Below, piece by piece: positions 33,423-40,543 of a stretch of DNA of 40,543 nt (positions are counted from its first letter, which is position 1; the number at the start of each line of letters is the position of its first letter). The notes below the pieces were generated by a model that did not search any database, was not told where the DNA came from, and saw nothing but the letters and a program-made list of their open reading frames with translations. The DNA comes from a virus (taxonomy: Duplodnaviria; Caudoviricetes), in the IMG/VR virus record IMGVR_UViG_3300025803_000002, positions 1-40,543 of that record. The stretch is one strand, 5' to 3'. The position numbers and the translations under genes were made by a program.

Positions 33423-33481
33423 GACGAGCCGCCCAACCCTTACAAGCACGCAGAAACACCGTTCGCAGATAATCACTGAAA
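33423..33481 (+). repeat. 59-bp direct repeat, copy 1
   Basis: Matches 34652-34710 with one mismatch (T33473 vs C34702). Confidence 0.95.
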
Positions 33482-33490
33482 GGCCAGACA

Positions 33491-33625
33491 ATGCGATTTC
33501 AAATTTCACAACAAGGCGGCGGCAAATATGCGGTTATCGACATCACCACGCGCCAAATCAGATACACCGGCTCCCTCGACGGAGCACGACAAGCCCAAGC
33601 CCGGCTACTCAGATCGTCCCACTGA
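33491..33625 (+). CDS. Small hypothetical protein, 44 aa
   Basis: MRFQISQQGGGKYAVIDITT... with an AAGG RBS. Missed by the track. Confidence 0.55.
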   Translation: MRFQISQQGGGKYAVIDITTRQIRYTGSLDGARQAQARLLRSSH

Positions 33626-33668
33626 TGATGGTCAAGACGAGTGCGTGAAAAATAATCCAAATTAGCTG

Positions 33669-33697
33669 TTGACATCGCGGCCCAATGGGCCTATATT
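33669..33697 (+). promoter_or_regulatory. Sigma70-type promoter with a palindromic operator in the spacer
   Basis: TTGACA-17-TATATT with GGCCCA-A-TGGGCC at 33679-33691. Confidence 0.85.
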
Positions 33698-33747
33698 CAA
33701 ATCATCAGCAACGGCCCACAAGGGCCACGAGAAATCGGAGAATGAAA

Positions 33748-33942
33748 ATGAACATCCGCAACGAAACAGATGTAGCCGAACTGGTCGCTAAGGGCTTTGA
33801 CTATGTCACCGTTGACACCTACAGCGATGATAAGGCCGCCGTCCGCAGCAAGCACCGCACCCGAGCCGCAGCCGAAAAAGCGGCACGCAATACAAACAGG
33901 ACCATCGTCGAAGTGACCGACAACACGTGGTGGCAGTTTTGA
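33748..33942 (+). CDS. Hypothetical protein
   Basis: GGAG RBS, first gene after the promoter. Confidence 0.7.
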   Translation: MNIRNETDVAELVAKGFDYVTVDTYSDDKAAVRSKHRTRAAAEKAARNTNRTIVEVTDNTWWQF

Positions 33943-34127
33943 CGCCCGCAGAGTTCAAAGAGGCCCGGCAGGCGCTGGGTCTCACGCAAGCTGAGATGGG
34001 CAAGGCGCTCCGTCTCAGTGGTGACGGCGGCAGATCTGTCCGCAAATGGGAAAACAATGAACGCGAGATATCTGGGCCTGTGTCGCTGGCCGTGACCTAC
34101 CTCCTGCAATTGCAATCCAACAGTTAG
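33939..34127 (+). CDS. XRE-family HTH regulator
   Basis: TPAEFKEARQALGLTQAEMGKAL...SVRKWENNEREISGP with a TTGA-coupled start. Confidence 0.88.
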   Translation: MTPAEFKEARQALGLTQAEMGKALRLSGDGGRSVRKWENNEREISGPVSLAVTYLLQLQSNS

Positions 34128-34139
34128 AGGCCGGAACAG

Positions 34140-34370
34140 ATGAAAACCTATTCAGACATTCGAAAGCAGTACGGCTTCCCGCTCAAGCTCTCTGAGGTAT
34201 TGGAGATGCTGGACATCGTGCGAACCGAAGCATGTGACCCACAATGCCTGGAAAGCGTATGCGGGGAGGCCAAAGCTGCCATAACGATGCTGATGGACAA
34301 GTGCGAGACCGGCGAACAGTTCGCTGACATCTGCTTAGCAGAGCAGCACATCGTGAGCCTGACCAGCTAA
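34140..34370 (+). CDS. Hypothetical protein
   Basis: 76-aa ORF with several Cys, following the HTH gene. Confidence 0.6.
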   Translation: MKTYSDIRKQYGFPLKLSEVLEMLDIVRTEACDPQCLESVCGEAKAAITMLMDKCETGEQFADICLAEQHIVSLTS

Positions 34371-34492
34371 CACGGCGTATGGGAAGGGCAGCATTAGCTG
34401 CATGCGTGTTTGTGCTGGCCAGCAGACGGCACGCAGGGCGGTGAAAGTCCGTAACCCTACCCACTCTAACTCTCACCGAAAGGCCCAGCAAG

Positions 34493-34708
34493 ATGAATTG
34501 GTCTCCAGGCAAAGACGTTCTGAGCGAGCCGATCGATACGCCAGAACCCAGCGAATATTTCTGCGGGGATTGCGGGACGGTCGAGCGTGATCCAATTTTT
34601 CTGGATCTGGAGACGTGCTCTAAATGCGGCGAACTTTTGGACTGGGAAAGCGACGAGCCGCCCAACCCTTACAAGCACGCAGAAACACCGTTCGCAGATA
34701 ACCACTGA
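34493..34708 (+). CDS. Small zinc-ribbon protein
   Basis: CGDC...CSKC. Its 3' end is repeat copy 2. Confidence 0.7.
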   Translation: MNWSPGKDVLSEPIDTPEPSEYFCGDCGTVERDPIFLDLETCSKCGELLDWESDEPPNPYKHAETPFADNH

Positions 34709-34710
34709 AA
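34652..34710 (+). repeat. 59-bp direct repeat, copy 2
   Basis: Matches 33423-33481. Confidence 0.95.
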
Positions 34711-34963
34711 TGCCCTGCAAAATGATATCCGATAACGCCCATATCTCAAAGAAGGAATTCATGATGCCATTGTCAGATGGTCGGCAGCAGGAAAACCCGC
34801 CCCAACGCATCTTGTTCGCTTTTGGTGAAAGTCGCTGACTAACGCATAATTGACGGCTCGTCGATGCTATTCTGCGTTTTGCCATCAACCTGCCCATCCG
34901 CCAATGTGCCTCGCAATCCGAGGCTGACCACATACGTCAGCACGCAGCTTGCGAGAGGTACAT

Positions 34964-35182
34964 ATGCCACCTATCCCATCCGACAAGATTCGGTCGCACG
35001 GTCCGGACGTTGTCGCAGTCGCCTATAATATGAGGGTGGCGCCCAAAGTTTGTGGCGTCTCCAAGTCTAAGCTTTACCAACTCGCTAAGGACGGCAAACT
35101 GAAACTGACGCGCGTTGGTGGCCGAACGCTTGTGGAACATGCTGAACTGATGCGCCTGATCCGCGAAGGTTATGCTGATTGA
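34964..35182 (+). CDS. Second excisionase-like HTH protein
   Basis: GAGG RBS and CGVSKSKLYQLAKDGKLKLTRVGGRTLV. Confidence 0.8.
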   Translation: MPPIPSDKIRSHGPDVVAVAYNMRVAPKVCGVSKSKLYQLAKDGKLKLTRVGGRTLVEHAELMRLIREGYAD

Positions 35183-35387
35183 AAAACGAAAGGCGCCCAT
35201 GCCCGTGCGCCCCTCCATTCTCACGTCACATCCGAAATTCGGCACGATAGTTTCGCGTGAATGCGGAGCGACGAAAGAGTTTGAAGTGTTTGCCGATGCT
35301 GACGGAAAATGGCTCAGCAGGTCGCGCGGTGCGGCATTGGCGACGATCACAGCGGTCCTTACATTGATTCTGCTGCTCGTCTACTGA
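35172..35387 (+). CDS. Small protein with a C-terminal TM helix
   Basis: Overlaps the upstream gene and ends in a hydrophobic tail. Confidence 0.5.
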   Translation: MLIEKRKAPMPVRPSILTSHPKFGTIVSRECGATKEFEVFADADGKWLSRSRGAALATITAVLTLILLLVY

Positions 35388-35485
35388 GCCATGAACTGCC
35401 GGATCAATGCCGCACCGTAATTAAGCGCCGTAAAGGCTATCCCGCCCCAGACGCAGATCCAGAATATTTCGTCGAACAGCCTCAT
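35381..35485 (-). CDS. Small membrane peptide
   Basis: MRLFDEIFWICVWGGIAFTALNYG... with an ATGA-coupled start. Confidence 0.45.
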   Translation of the reverse strand: MRLFDEIFWICVWGGIAFTALNYGAALIRQFMAQ

Positions 35486-35751
35486 AGGACCGCCTTGACG
35501 AGATCGACGACGATTTTGATCGTTTCCGTTGGAGCGATGTTGGCCGCCACGATAGTGATCGGAATGACTATGTAGGGCCATTTGCGGACCGTCCGCATTG
35601 TTGATTGCTTCCACCTCTCTAGCGATCCTATCCGTTTTTCGTGACTGCCAAGCGCGTTCATCATCCGCGCGATTGTCACTGCATGATGCGCATCGGCATC
35701 CCGACGACGGGACTCCGCTTTCATGAGATATTCGATCGGATCGAAATTCAT
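35482..35751 (-). CDS. Coiled-coil plus C-terminal TM protein (holin/XhlA-like)
   Basis: AAGGA RBS, HEKRIGSLE and a C-terminal hydrophobic helix. Lies in the lysis region. Confidence 0.6.
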   Translation of the reverse strand: MNFDPIEYLMKAESRRRDADAHHAVTIARMMNALGSHEKRIGSLERWKQSTMRTVRKWPYIVIPITIVAANIAPTETIKIVVDLVKAVL

Positions 35752-35766
35752 TTTCCTTATCCAATC

Positions 35767-36186
35767 TCATGACGGGAATCCCACCCACAGACCAACGCCA
35801 AACAACCCCGCTATGACAAAACAACCAGCAACCGGCCACCATCGACCAAATCGAGCGATAAGATACGGTGACAACACCCCGATCATTGAGAGCAGGATGA
35901 CAACCTCAGCGGAGTAAACAATCCATTTGGATGCCTGAAATTCAGCGTGCAAGGCTCGATCGGCGTTGAACAAAACCCACGACTGCGAAAACCAGTATTG
36001 ATGCACTGTCCAGGCCGCGTGTTTGATGGCCTCAGCCACTAGCGGAATAACGGCCCAGGCTTTAACGTCATCCATCCGGCCCGATCGCAGGGCGTACGCC
36101 CAATGCCCGAATACGAACACAGCAGCAGCCGTGGTGGACCAGATGCAAAATCTCAAAGCAAACTCGATATCAAGCGGACTCATCAA
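35767..36186 (-). CDS. Multi-TM membrane protein (holin candidate)
   Basis: About 4 hydrophobic segments, directly after the spanins. Confidence 0.55.
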   Translation of the reverse strand: MMSPLDIEFALRFCIWSTTAAAVFVFGHWAYALRSGRMDDVKAWAVIPLVAEAIKHAAWTVHQYWFSQSWVLFNADRALHAEFQASKWIVYSAEVVILLSMIGVLSPYLIARFGRWWPVAGCFVIAGLFGVGLWVGFPS

Positions 36187-36482
36187 GCAGCCTCGTTCCC
36201 GGATTGCTTAACCTTGGGCTTGCTGCCCTTGCCGCACACGACGCGCCTCACGACAATCTCACCGGTTGATGTCGATTCGAGAAAGGCCTGCTGTCGGGCA
36301 ATTTGCTTTTGCTGCCAGCATGGCGAGTTGCGCGAGTTCTCGACCTTCGGAACTTTGAGCGCGAACGCCTTTACGTTTGCCGGTATGTTAGCAGTCCCGG
36401 TATCCCCTGGGGCACACGCCGACAGGGGCAGCGCGGCCAGACTTAGCAGCAGCGCGACGGCCAAGCTTCGTTGCTTTTGCAT
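36183..36482 (-). CDS. Outer-membrane spanin (Rz1-like lipoprotein)
   Basis: Signal peptide MQKQRSLAVALLLSLAALP with lipobox LSAC, overlapping the i-spanin in another frame. Confidence 0.75.
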   Translation of the reverse strand: MQKQRSLAVALLLSLAALPLSACAPGDTGTANIPANVKAFALKVPKVENSRNSPCWQQKQIARQQAFLESTSTGEIVVRRVVCGKGSKPKVKQSGNEAA

Positions 36483-36648
36483 TTTGTTTTTGGACCTTCT
36501 GAATAGTCTTTTGACCTCCACGCGATTCAGCGGCGTTGATACGGCCGCGATCCCACATAACTACGACTACGATACAACCGGCAATCAGCCCGAGCACCAG
36601 GCCGTTACCGCCGATCAATGGTGCAAACCGTGCTAGAATGCCGATCAT
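36388..36648 (-). CDS. Inner-membrane spanin (Rz-like)
   Basis: N-terminal TM helix, basic helical periplasmic part and C-terminal Cys pair. Follows the endolysin. Confidence 0.75.
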   Translation of the reverse strand: MIGILARFAPLIGGNGLVLGLIAGCIVVVVMWDRGRINAAESRGGQKTIQKVQKQNAKATKLGRRAAAKSGRAAPVGVCPRGYRDC

Positions 36649-37352
36649 CCTATTTTTCCCTTCGCCGCCGCATCCAGACGCCTGGCAATCACCATCACGA
36701 CGCCAGTGGCGGCCATACCAAACCCTAGCGCCGGTAGGTTTGCCCCCATGGCGCTCGCGAGCTGTGTGATGGGCTCTAGGCCTGCTATCGACGTAAGGGC
36801 GTCAGCAGCGAACTGTGCGAACTTGGCCATCGTATCGGAGAAGAACTGCAGGACGGTGCCGAGGCCAGCAATCAGACCGCCAAGAATGGTCTTGCTCTCT
36901 TTGACGGCGATGGCTACCGGTGCAGGCGGCTCGCCCGCGACGGCCGACGCCTGTTTCCAGCTTGCGTCTTGTTTTGGATACGCTGCCCAATCCAACTCGA
37001 AATGAGGCGTATCAACAAAGGATTGCCAGTCGCCGCCCCAATCCAGTTCAACGTTCAGTTCTGCAGCAGCCGCCTTGACGCGCTCAGCAAGCAGTTGCGC
37101 ATGCGGCTTGCCCCAGGCGAGCTTACCGTCCACCATGCAGCACAGATCAACCGCGTGGCCGGTGATATGCCGGCTGTTCATCGTGGTAGACGCGCCCTTG
37201 GCGACAAGCTCCTTCTGGCGGGATACCGAGCGCAGCCCCTCGACCACCAACAAATCCCGATTAGCCAATTGCGCGGCGCGGCGAACCACGGCCACCAAAT
37301 CGGGATGTACGCCCTTGAGCCTGCGCTCAGAGAGTTCGCTTAGGGTGATCAT
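36645..37352 (-). CDS. Endolysin, M15-family L-Ala-D-Glu peptidase with C-terminal hydrophobic helices
   Basis: LKGVHPDL, EGLRS, SRHITGHAVD and WGGDWQSFVDTPHFEL. Confidence 0.93.
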   Translation of the reverse strand: MITLSELSERRLKGVHPDLVAVVRRAAQLANRDLLVVEGLRSVSRQKELVAKGASTTMNSRHITGHAVDLCCMVDGKLAWGKPHAQLLAERVKAAAAELNVELDWGGDWQSFVDTPHFELDWAAYPKQDASWKQASAVAGEPPAPVAIAVKESKTILGGLIAGLGTVLQFFSDTMAKFAQFAADALTSIAGLEPITQLASAMGANLPALGFGMAATGVVMVIARRLDAAAKGKIG

Positions 37353-38383
37353 GCCCGTGCGCCTCCGCGATTGCGATCCGACAGGCGTTGCAAAGCCAAG
37401 CGCATTGCTTCCAGTCCGTCGCCTTCCTGCAACACAAAGGTCTGCGAAAGGGATTCACCTGGCGGCGGCTGCCGCATATCTGTCAGATATGGGTTTTGAG
37501 CCTCCATTGGCTCGTAGCTGGTTTGTGGACGGCTCCACCCGATAGCGTTGGATGCAGCGAGCAGAATCGCGGCCGCGATCGCAGCAAGCGACGTTGCGAG
37601 TCCACCCCATGCCGACAGGCCATAGTTAGCCCAGAAGCGCGATGTCTTGTCGGGGTCCATCTGACCGGTGAAACCCGCCGCTACATTCCGTGCATGCTCA
37701 AGCGCGGCCGATGCTTCTGTTGGCGTTTCCGCTGACGAAATCTTCGCATCTTTCAGCTCGCGCTCAAGCTCGACCAGTTCCGCCTTGAGCGCCTTGCGCG
37801 TGAATGCGTTTCTCTGATTGGCCTCAAGCTCACCGAGTTCCGTCTGAAACCCTTCGCACTTGATCCCGCAACCGCCGCGCTTTGTCTCTTCATTGCGACG
37901 TTGCAATCGCTTCGCTTTGATCAATGGCTCATATGCTTCCGGCGCAAGATACTGTGTGCGCCAAGCCGTTGTTGCGCGAATGTCAGCTATCCGCCGCTCA
38001 ATCCGGGTGACTTCCTTGCGTGCGTTCTTCGCCTTGTCGTTCTGGTTATCCGTGATCACCAGTTCCGACTTGCGGAAATGCGCAATGGTTCCCGCATTTG
38101 TCAGCACGTCATTCGAGAAGAAAATGACCGCGAAGAATGCAAAAACCACAATCCTTCCAACGTTTCGCTGCAATATTGATCTAGTCAAAGCACTGAACAA
38201 GATCGGCGAAAGAATCGATATGCAGAAAAACATCAGGAAGCAGATCGCAGTCAGGACAAGGCTTTCGCCGCCGAACGTTGAGCCGAATATGCCGGTCAGA
38301 ACTGCAGAGCAGCCCCCGATGATGAATGCGATGGCCGTCAGAGATAAATGGCTCGCGTTGATGGCTGATCTAGCCATGAACAA
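37349..38383 (-). CDS. Membrane protein with 3 N-terminal TMs, a long coiled coil and a C-terminal TM
   Basis: Hydrophobic segments flank a coiled coil containing GGCGIKC. ATGA-coupled to the endolysin. Confidence 0.75.
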   Translation of the reverse strand: MFMARSAINASHLSLTAIAFIIGGCSAVLTGIFGSTFGGESLVLTAICFLMFFCISILSPILFSALTRSILQRNVGRIVVFAFFAVIFFSNDVLTNAGTIAHFRKSELVITDNQNDKAKNARKEVTRIERRIADIRATTAWRTQYLAPEAYEPLIKAKRLQRRNEETKRGGCGIKCEGFQTELGELEANQRNAFTRKALKAELVELERELKDAKISSAETPTEASAALEHARNVAAGFTGQMDPDKTSRFWANYGLSAWGGLATSLAAIAAAILLAASNAIGWSRPQTSYEPMEAQNPYLTDMRQPPPGESLSQTFVLQEGDGLEAMRLALQRLSDRNRGGARA

Positions 38384-38394
38384 TCCTTTGGTTG

Positions 38395-38823
38395 TTACGC
38401 GTGACGATCCCTTAACTCAGCTTGTGCCCTTCCAACCTCGGTCAGTAAGTCCAAAGGTAGATTTGAGACACGAGCTTCCAACGCATCGATACGCTTGCTG
38501 AGCACTCCGGCGTGGGTCAGTGCCGCATCGCCTATGCTGCCAATGATCTCGGCAAGGGTATCGATGTCGCTTTGATTTACCGATCCGCCGCTCTCCAGGT
38601 TTGAGACGCGCTCGTGAAGGTCTGTGACGCCTTTAGGGATCACCACCTGCTCATTGCTGTTACTTGGAACAAGCGGCTCTGGCCTTTCTTCCAAGGCCCT
38701 CACACGTCGGTCTAGCGCCTCCAGCGCCTCTTGAAATCCAGGCGGCAGTTTTTCAATCGTTGCAACTTCCCGGCTTCGAACCCGTGAGCCCCTGGCCTTC
38801 TCCCATTCAACCAGATCGCTCAT
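38395..38823 (-). CDS. Coiled-coil protein with trimer motifs
   Basis: RVRALE, RVSNLE and RIDALE. GGAGG RBS before ATG 38823. Confidence 0.65.
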   Translation of the reverse strand: MSDLVEWEKARGSRVRSREVATIEKLPPGFQEALEALDRRVRALEERPEPLVPSNSNEQVVIPKGVTDLHERVSNLESGGSVNQSDIDTLAEIIGSIGDAALTHAGVLSKRIDALEARVSNLPLDLLTEVGRAQAELRDRHA

Positions 38824-39361
38824 TGCCCACCGCCTCCAAAGCCTGAATCGCTTCACTGGACGCGGCGTCGATTTCTGCCGAACTTGTTGCTGCTTTTACC
38901 TGATTTGCACCGGAAAGACGGGCACGCTCTAGCTCGCCCTCGCGTTTTGCGTCTTCGGTGTACCTTTTAAGAATCAAGTTCGCGGCTTCTGTCAAGGTAT
39001 CCGATTCGATCCCAATTGATGCGGCCAGCCTTGGGAACATTTGGGTTTGCGTTTCGAATGGCATATCGTTGGGCTTGTCGCCGTCGTCTTCCATTCGAGA
39101 GACCTCAAGCGCTTCGTCATGCTTGGCCGCATACGGTACGCCAGCCGTTTTTGATGCGTGCTGCCGATAGGTTGCGTTAATTCGCTCGACGGCACGATCT
39201 TGCCGCCTCTCAAGAGATATCGCTGGCGCGCGGAAATCGCCGTCAACCTGAACCCACCCGCAAACAACGCCCTTCGGCACCTCTACGGCTTCTGGGGGCG
39301 GCGCGTCGTGATACAGAGTTGTAACAACGCCAGAGTCATCTATAATTGCGTATGGCATCAT
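38807..39361 (-). CDS. Tail-fibre assembly / chaperone-like protein
   Basis: Directly after the tail fibre, with N-terminal YAIIDD...GWVQVDGDFRAP and a helical C-part. Confidence 0.6.
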   Translation of the reverse strand: MMPYAIIDDSGVVTTLYHDAPPPEAVEVPKGVVCGWVQVDGDFRAPAISLERRQDRAVERINATYRQHASKTAGVPYAAKHDEALEVSRMEDDGDKPNDMPFETQTQMFPRLAASIGIESDTLTEAANLILKRYTEDAKREGELERARLSGANQVKAATSSAEIDAASSEAIQALEAVGNERSG

Positions 39362-40416
39362 TCATCCTTGAATTGGTAGATTAGAACGTCTGCATAGATT
39401 TCTTGTTCGCCGAAGCTGTTGGCCGTGCCGAACCCATGCACTGAAGACGTGCTGGAGCAGCGGTGCTGCAATTCAAAGGTCTTTTCTGCGGTCAGCACCA
39501 AAGTTCCGAAGAGGTTTGACGGGCCACCGGAACTTCCGGTTGCCGAGTATGAGCACTGGCCCAAAATATCGGTGCTGGTGTCTGTGATATTGCGCAGACG
39601 TGTTTGATGGTCTGCACAACGGTAGCCGATCGCAGACCCCGCAATATGGTAAGACCCGATTGGCAGCGTAATTCGGTTACTGCCCAGTGATGCGCCCGTG
39701 ATCGAATTCTTGATAACCGTGTTAAGTGGTCGGGTCTGCCAGGCCCCTGATGTGAACGTGCCACCATCAACGCTGGTTGCCTGCTGTTCCTGGATGTGCA
39801 GCGTTTTGAACGTTTGCGTGACGTTGTTGAGATCAACCCACGCCGAACCCTGATATTGAGTGTTCAGGTCTTCATCGATGATGTAGGCGATCCAGCCGCA
39901 ATCCGCCGTCGGCGTATATTGGATGTAGCCCGACAATCCATCATATTCGAGGATGTCGTTTTCAGAGAATGAAGACCAGGCACCGGTTGGTGTTCCGTTG
40001 ACCAAGTACCGAGAGCCGGTTGCGGGCGATACTGGTGGCGCCGTCAGTCGATCCGTTACGCGAATGATTGAGATATCTCGCGACAACAGCGGCGGGACGT
40101 ATTCAGATACCACCCACCCGGCACCGTTGGACGTAAGCCAAACAACCTCACCAATATATCGAAGCGTGAACACCTCGCCAGTGTATCCGAGAGCCCCAAT
40201 AGTCTGAGATGACACCGTGCGGATTGCAACCGAGTTGGCCGAACCGTTATGCCGGAAACCAATCCGATAACCATCCTCCGCAGTCACCGCAGATAAAAGC
40301 GTTGCAACCACCTCCGCGCCCGAGCAATTAAGGTCATAGAGCTTGCCTTTATCACCGGCAACAATGGTCACATCGCTGGACGACGACAGCACAGGGCTTT
40401 CCGCAACAACATCCCC
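39358..40416 (-). CDS. Tail fibre/tailspike, 3' part (DUF2793-like module and C-terminal beta-sandwich head)
   Basis: LTAPPVSPATGSRYLVNGTPTGAW...GWIAYIIDE module, then GGTFTSGAWQTRPLNT...ITLPIGSY head. Continues from 1..321. Confidence 0.85.
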   Translation of the reverse strand, partial: GDVVAESPVLSSSSDVTIVAGDKGKLYDLNCSGAEVVATLLSAVTAEDGYRIGFRHNGSANSVAIRTVSSQTIGALGYTGEVFTLRYIGEVVWLTSNGAGWVVSEYVPPLLSRDISIIRVTDRLTAPPVSPATGSRYLVNGTPTGAWSSFSENDILEYDGLSGYIQYTPTADCGWIAYIIDEDLNTQYQGSAWVDLNNVTQTFKTLHIQEQQATSVDGGTFTSGAWQTRPLNTVIKNSITGASLGSNRITLPIGSYHIAGSAIGYRCADHQTRLRNITDTSTDILGQCSYSATGSSGGPSNLFGTLVLTAEKTFELQHRCSSTSSVHGFGTANSFGEQEIYADVLIYQFKDE

Positions 40417-40543
40417 ACTCAGGAATGACGACGTATCAACAGCGCCTTTGATTGCATCATGCGTCCAAAGTGTAACGTTCGCAGCGTCCTTGCAGATGAT
40501 TTTGTAAGCTGTCGAGCCAGTGAACAGCAGAGCTTTGACATCA
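40417..40543. repeat. 127-bp terminal direct repeat, right copy
   Basis: Identical to 1-127. Confidence 0.95.

Noticed and set aside
33423-34710. Diversity-generating retroelement TR/VR pair
   Set aside because: There is only one mismatch between the copies, and no reverse transcriptase is encoded anywhere in the genome.

Overview
The window looks like a complete, circular genome (40,416 bp) of a temperate podovirus-type phage, probably infecting an alphaproteobacterium. Bases 1-127 are repeated exactly at 40417-40543, and a tail gene reads in frame across that junction. The late genes lie on the minus strand in P22-like order: TerS, a large terminase split into two ORFs, portal, GroES, scaffold, major capsid, adaptor, an inserted block of appendage-like genes, a gp10-like hub, three ejection proteins, an immI-like accessory block, a tail fibre and a lysis cassette. 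The early region is lambdoid: CI/Cro switch, an O-like initiator with internal iterons, a T7/Twinkle-type helicase, a C5 methyltransferase with a nested second gene, ERF and YqaJ recombination genes, Xis and Int, and an intact attP core matching the 3' half of tRNA-Pro(TGG). An accessory island lies between attP and the lysis genes. The most unusual features are the terminase split inside its ATPase domain, an overprinted methyltransferase subunit, three apparently dead enzyme domains (resolvase, TOPRIM, S24), three gene head-to-tail deletion scars, and a shared N-[YFH]-L motif at the ends of putative capsid-internal proteins. All family calls come from reading motifs by eye; no searches were run.
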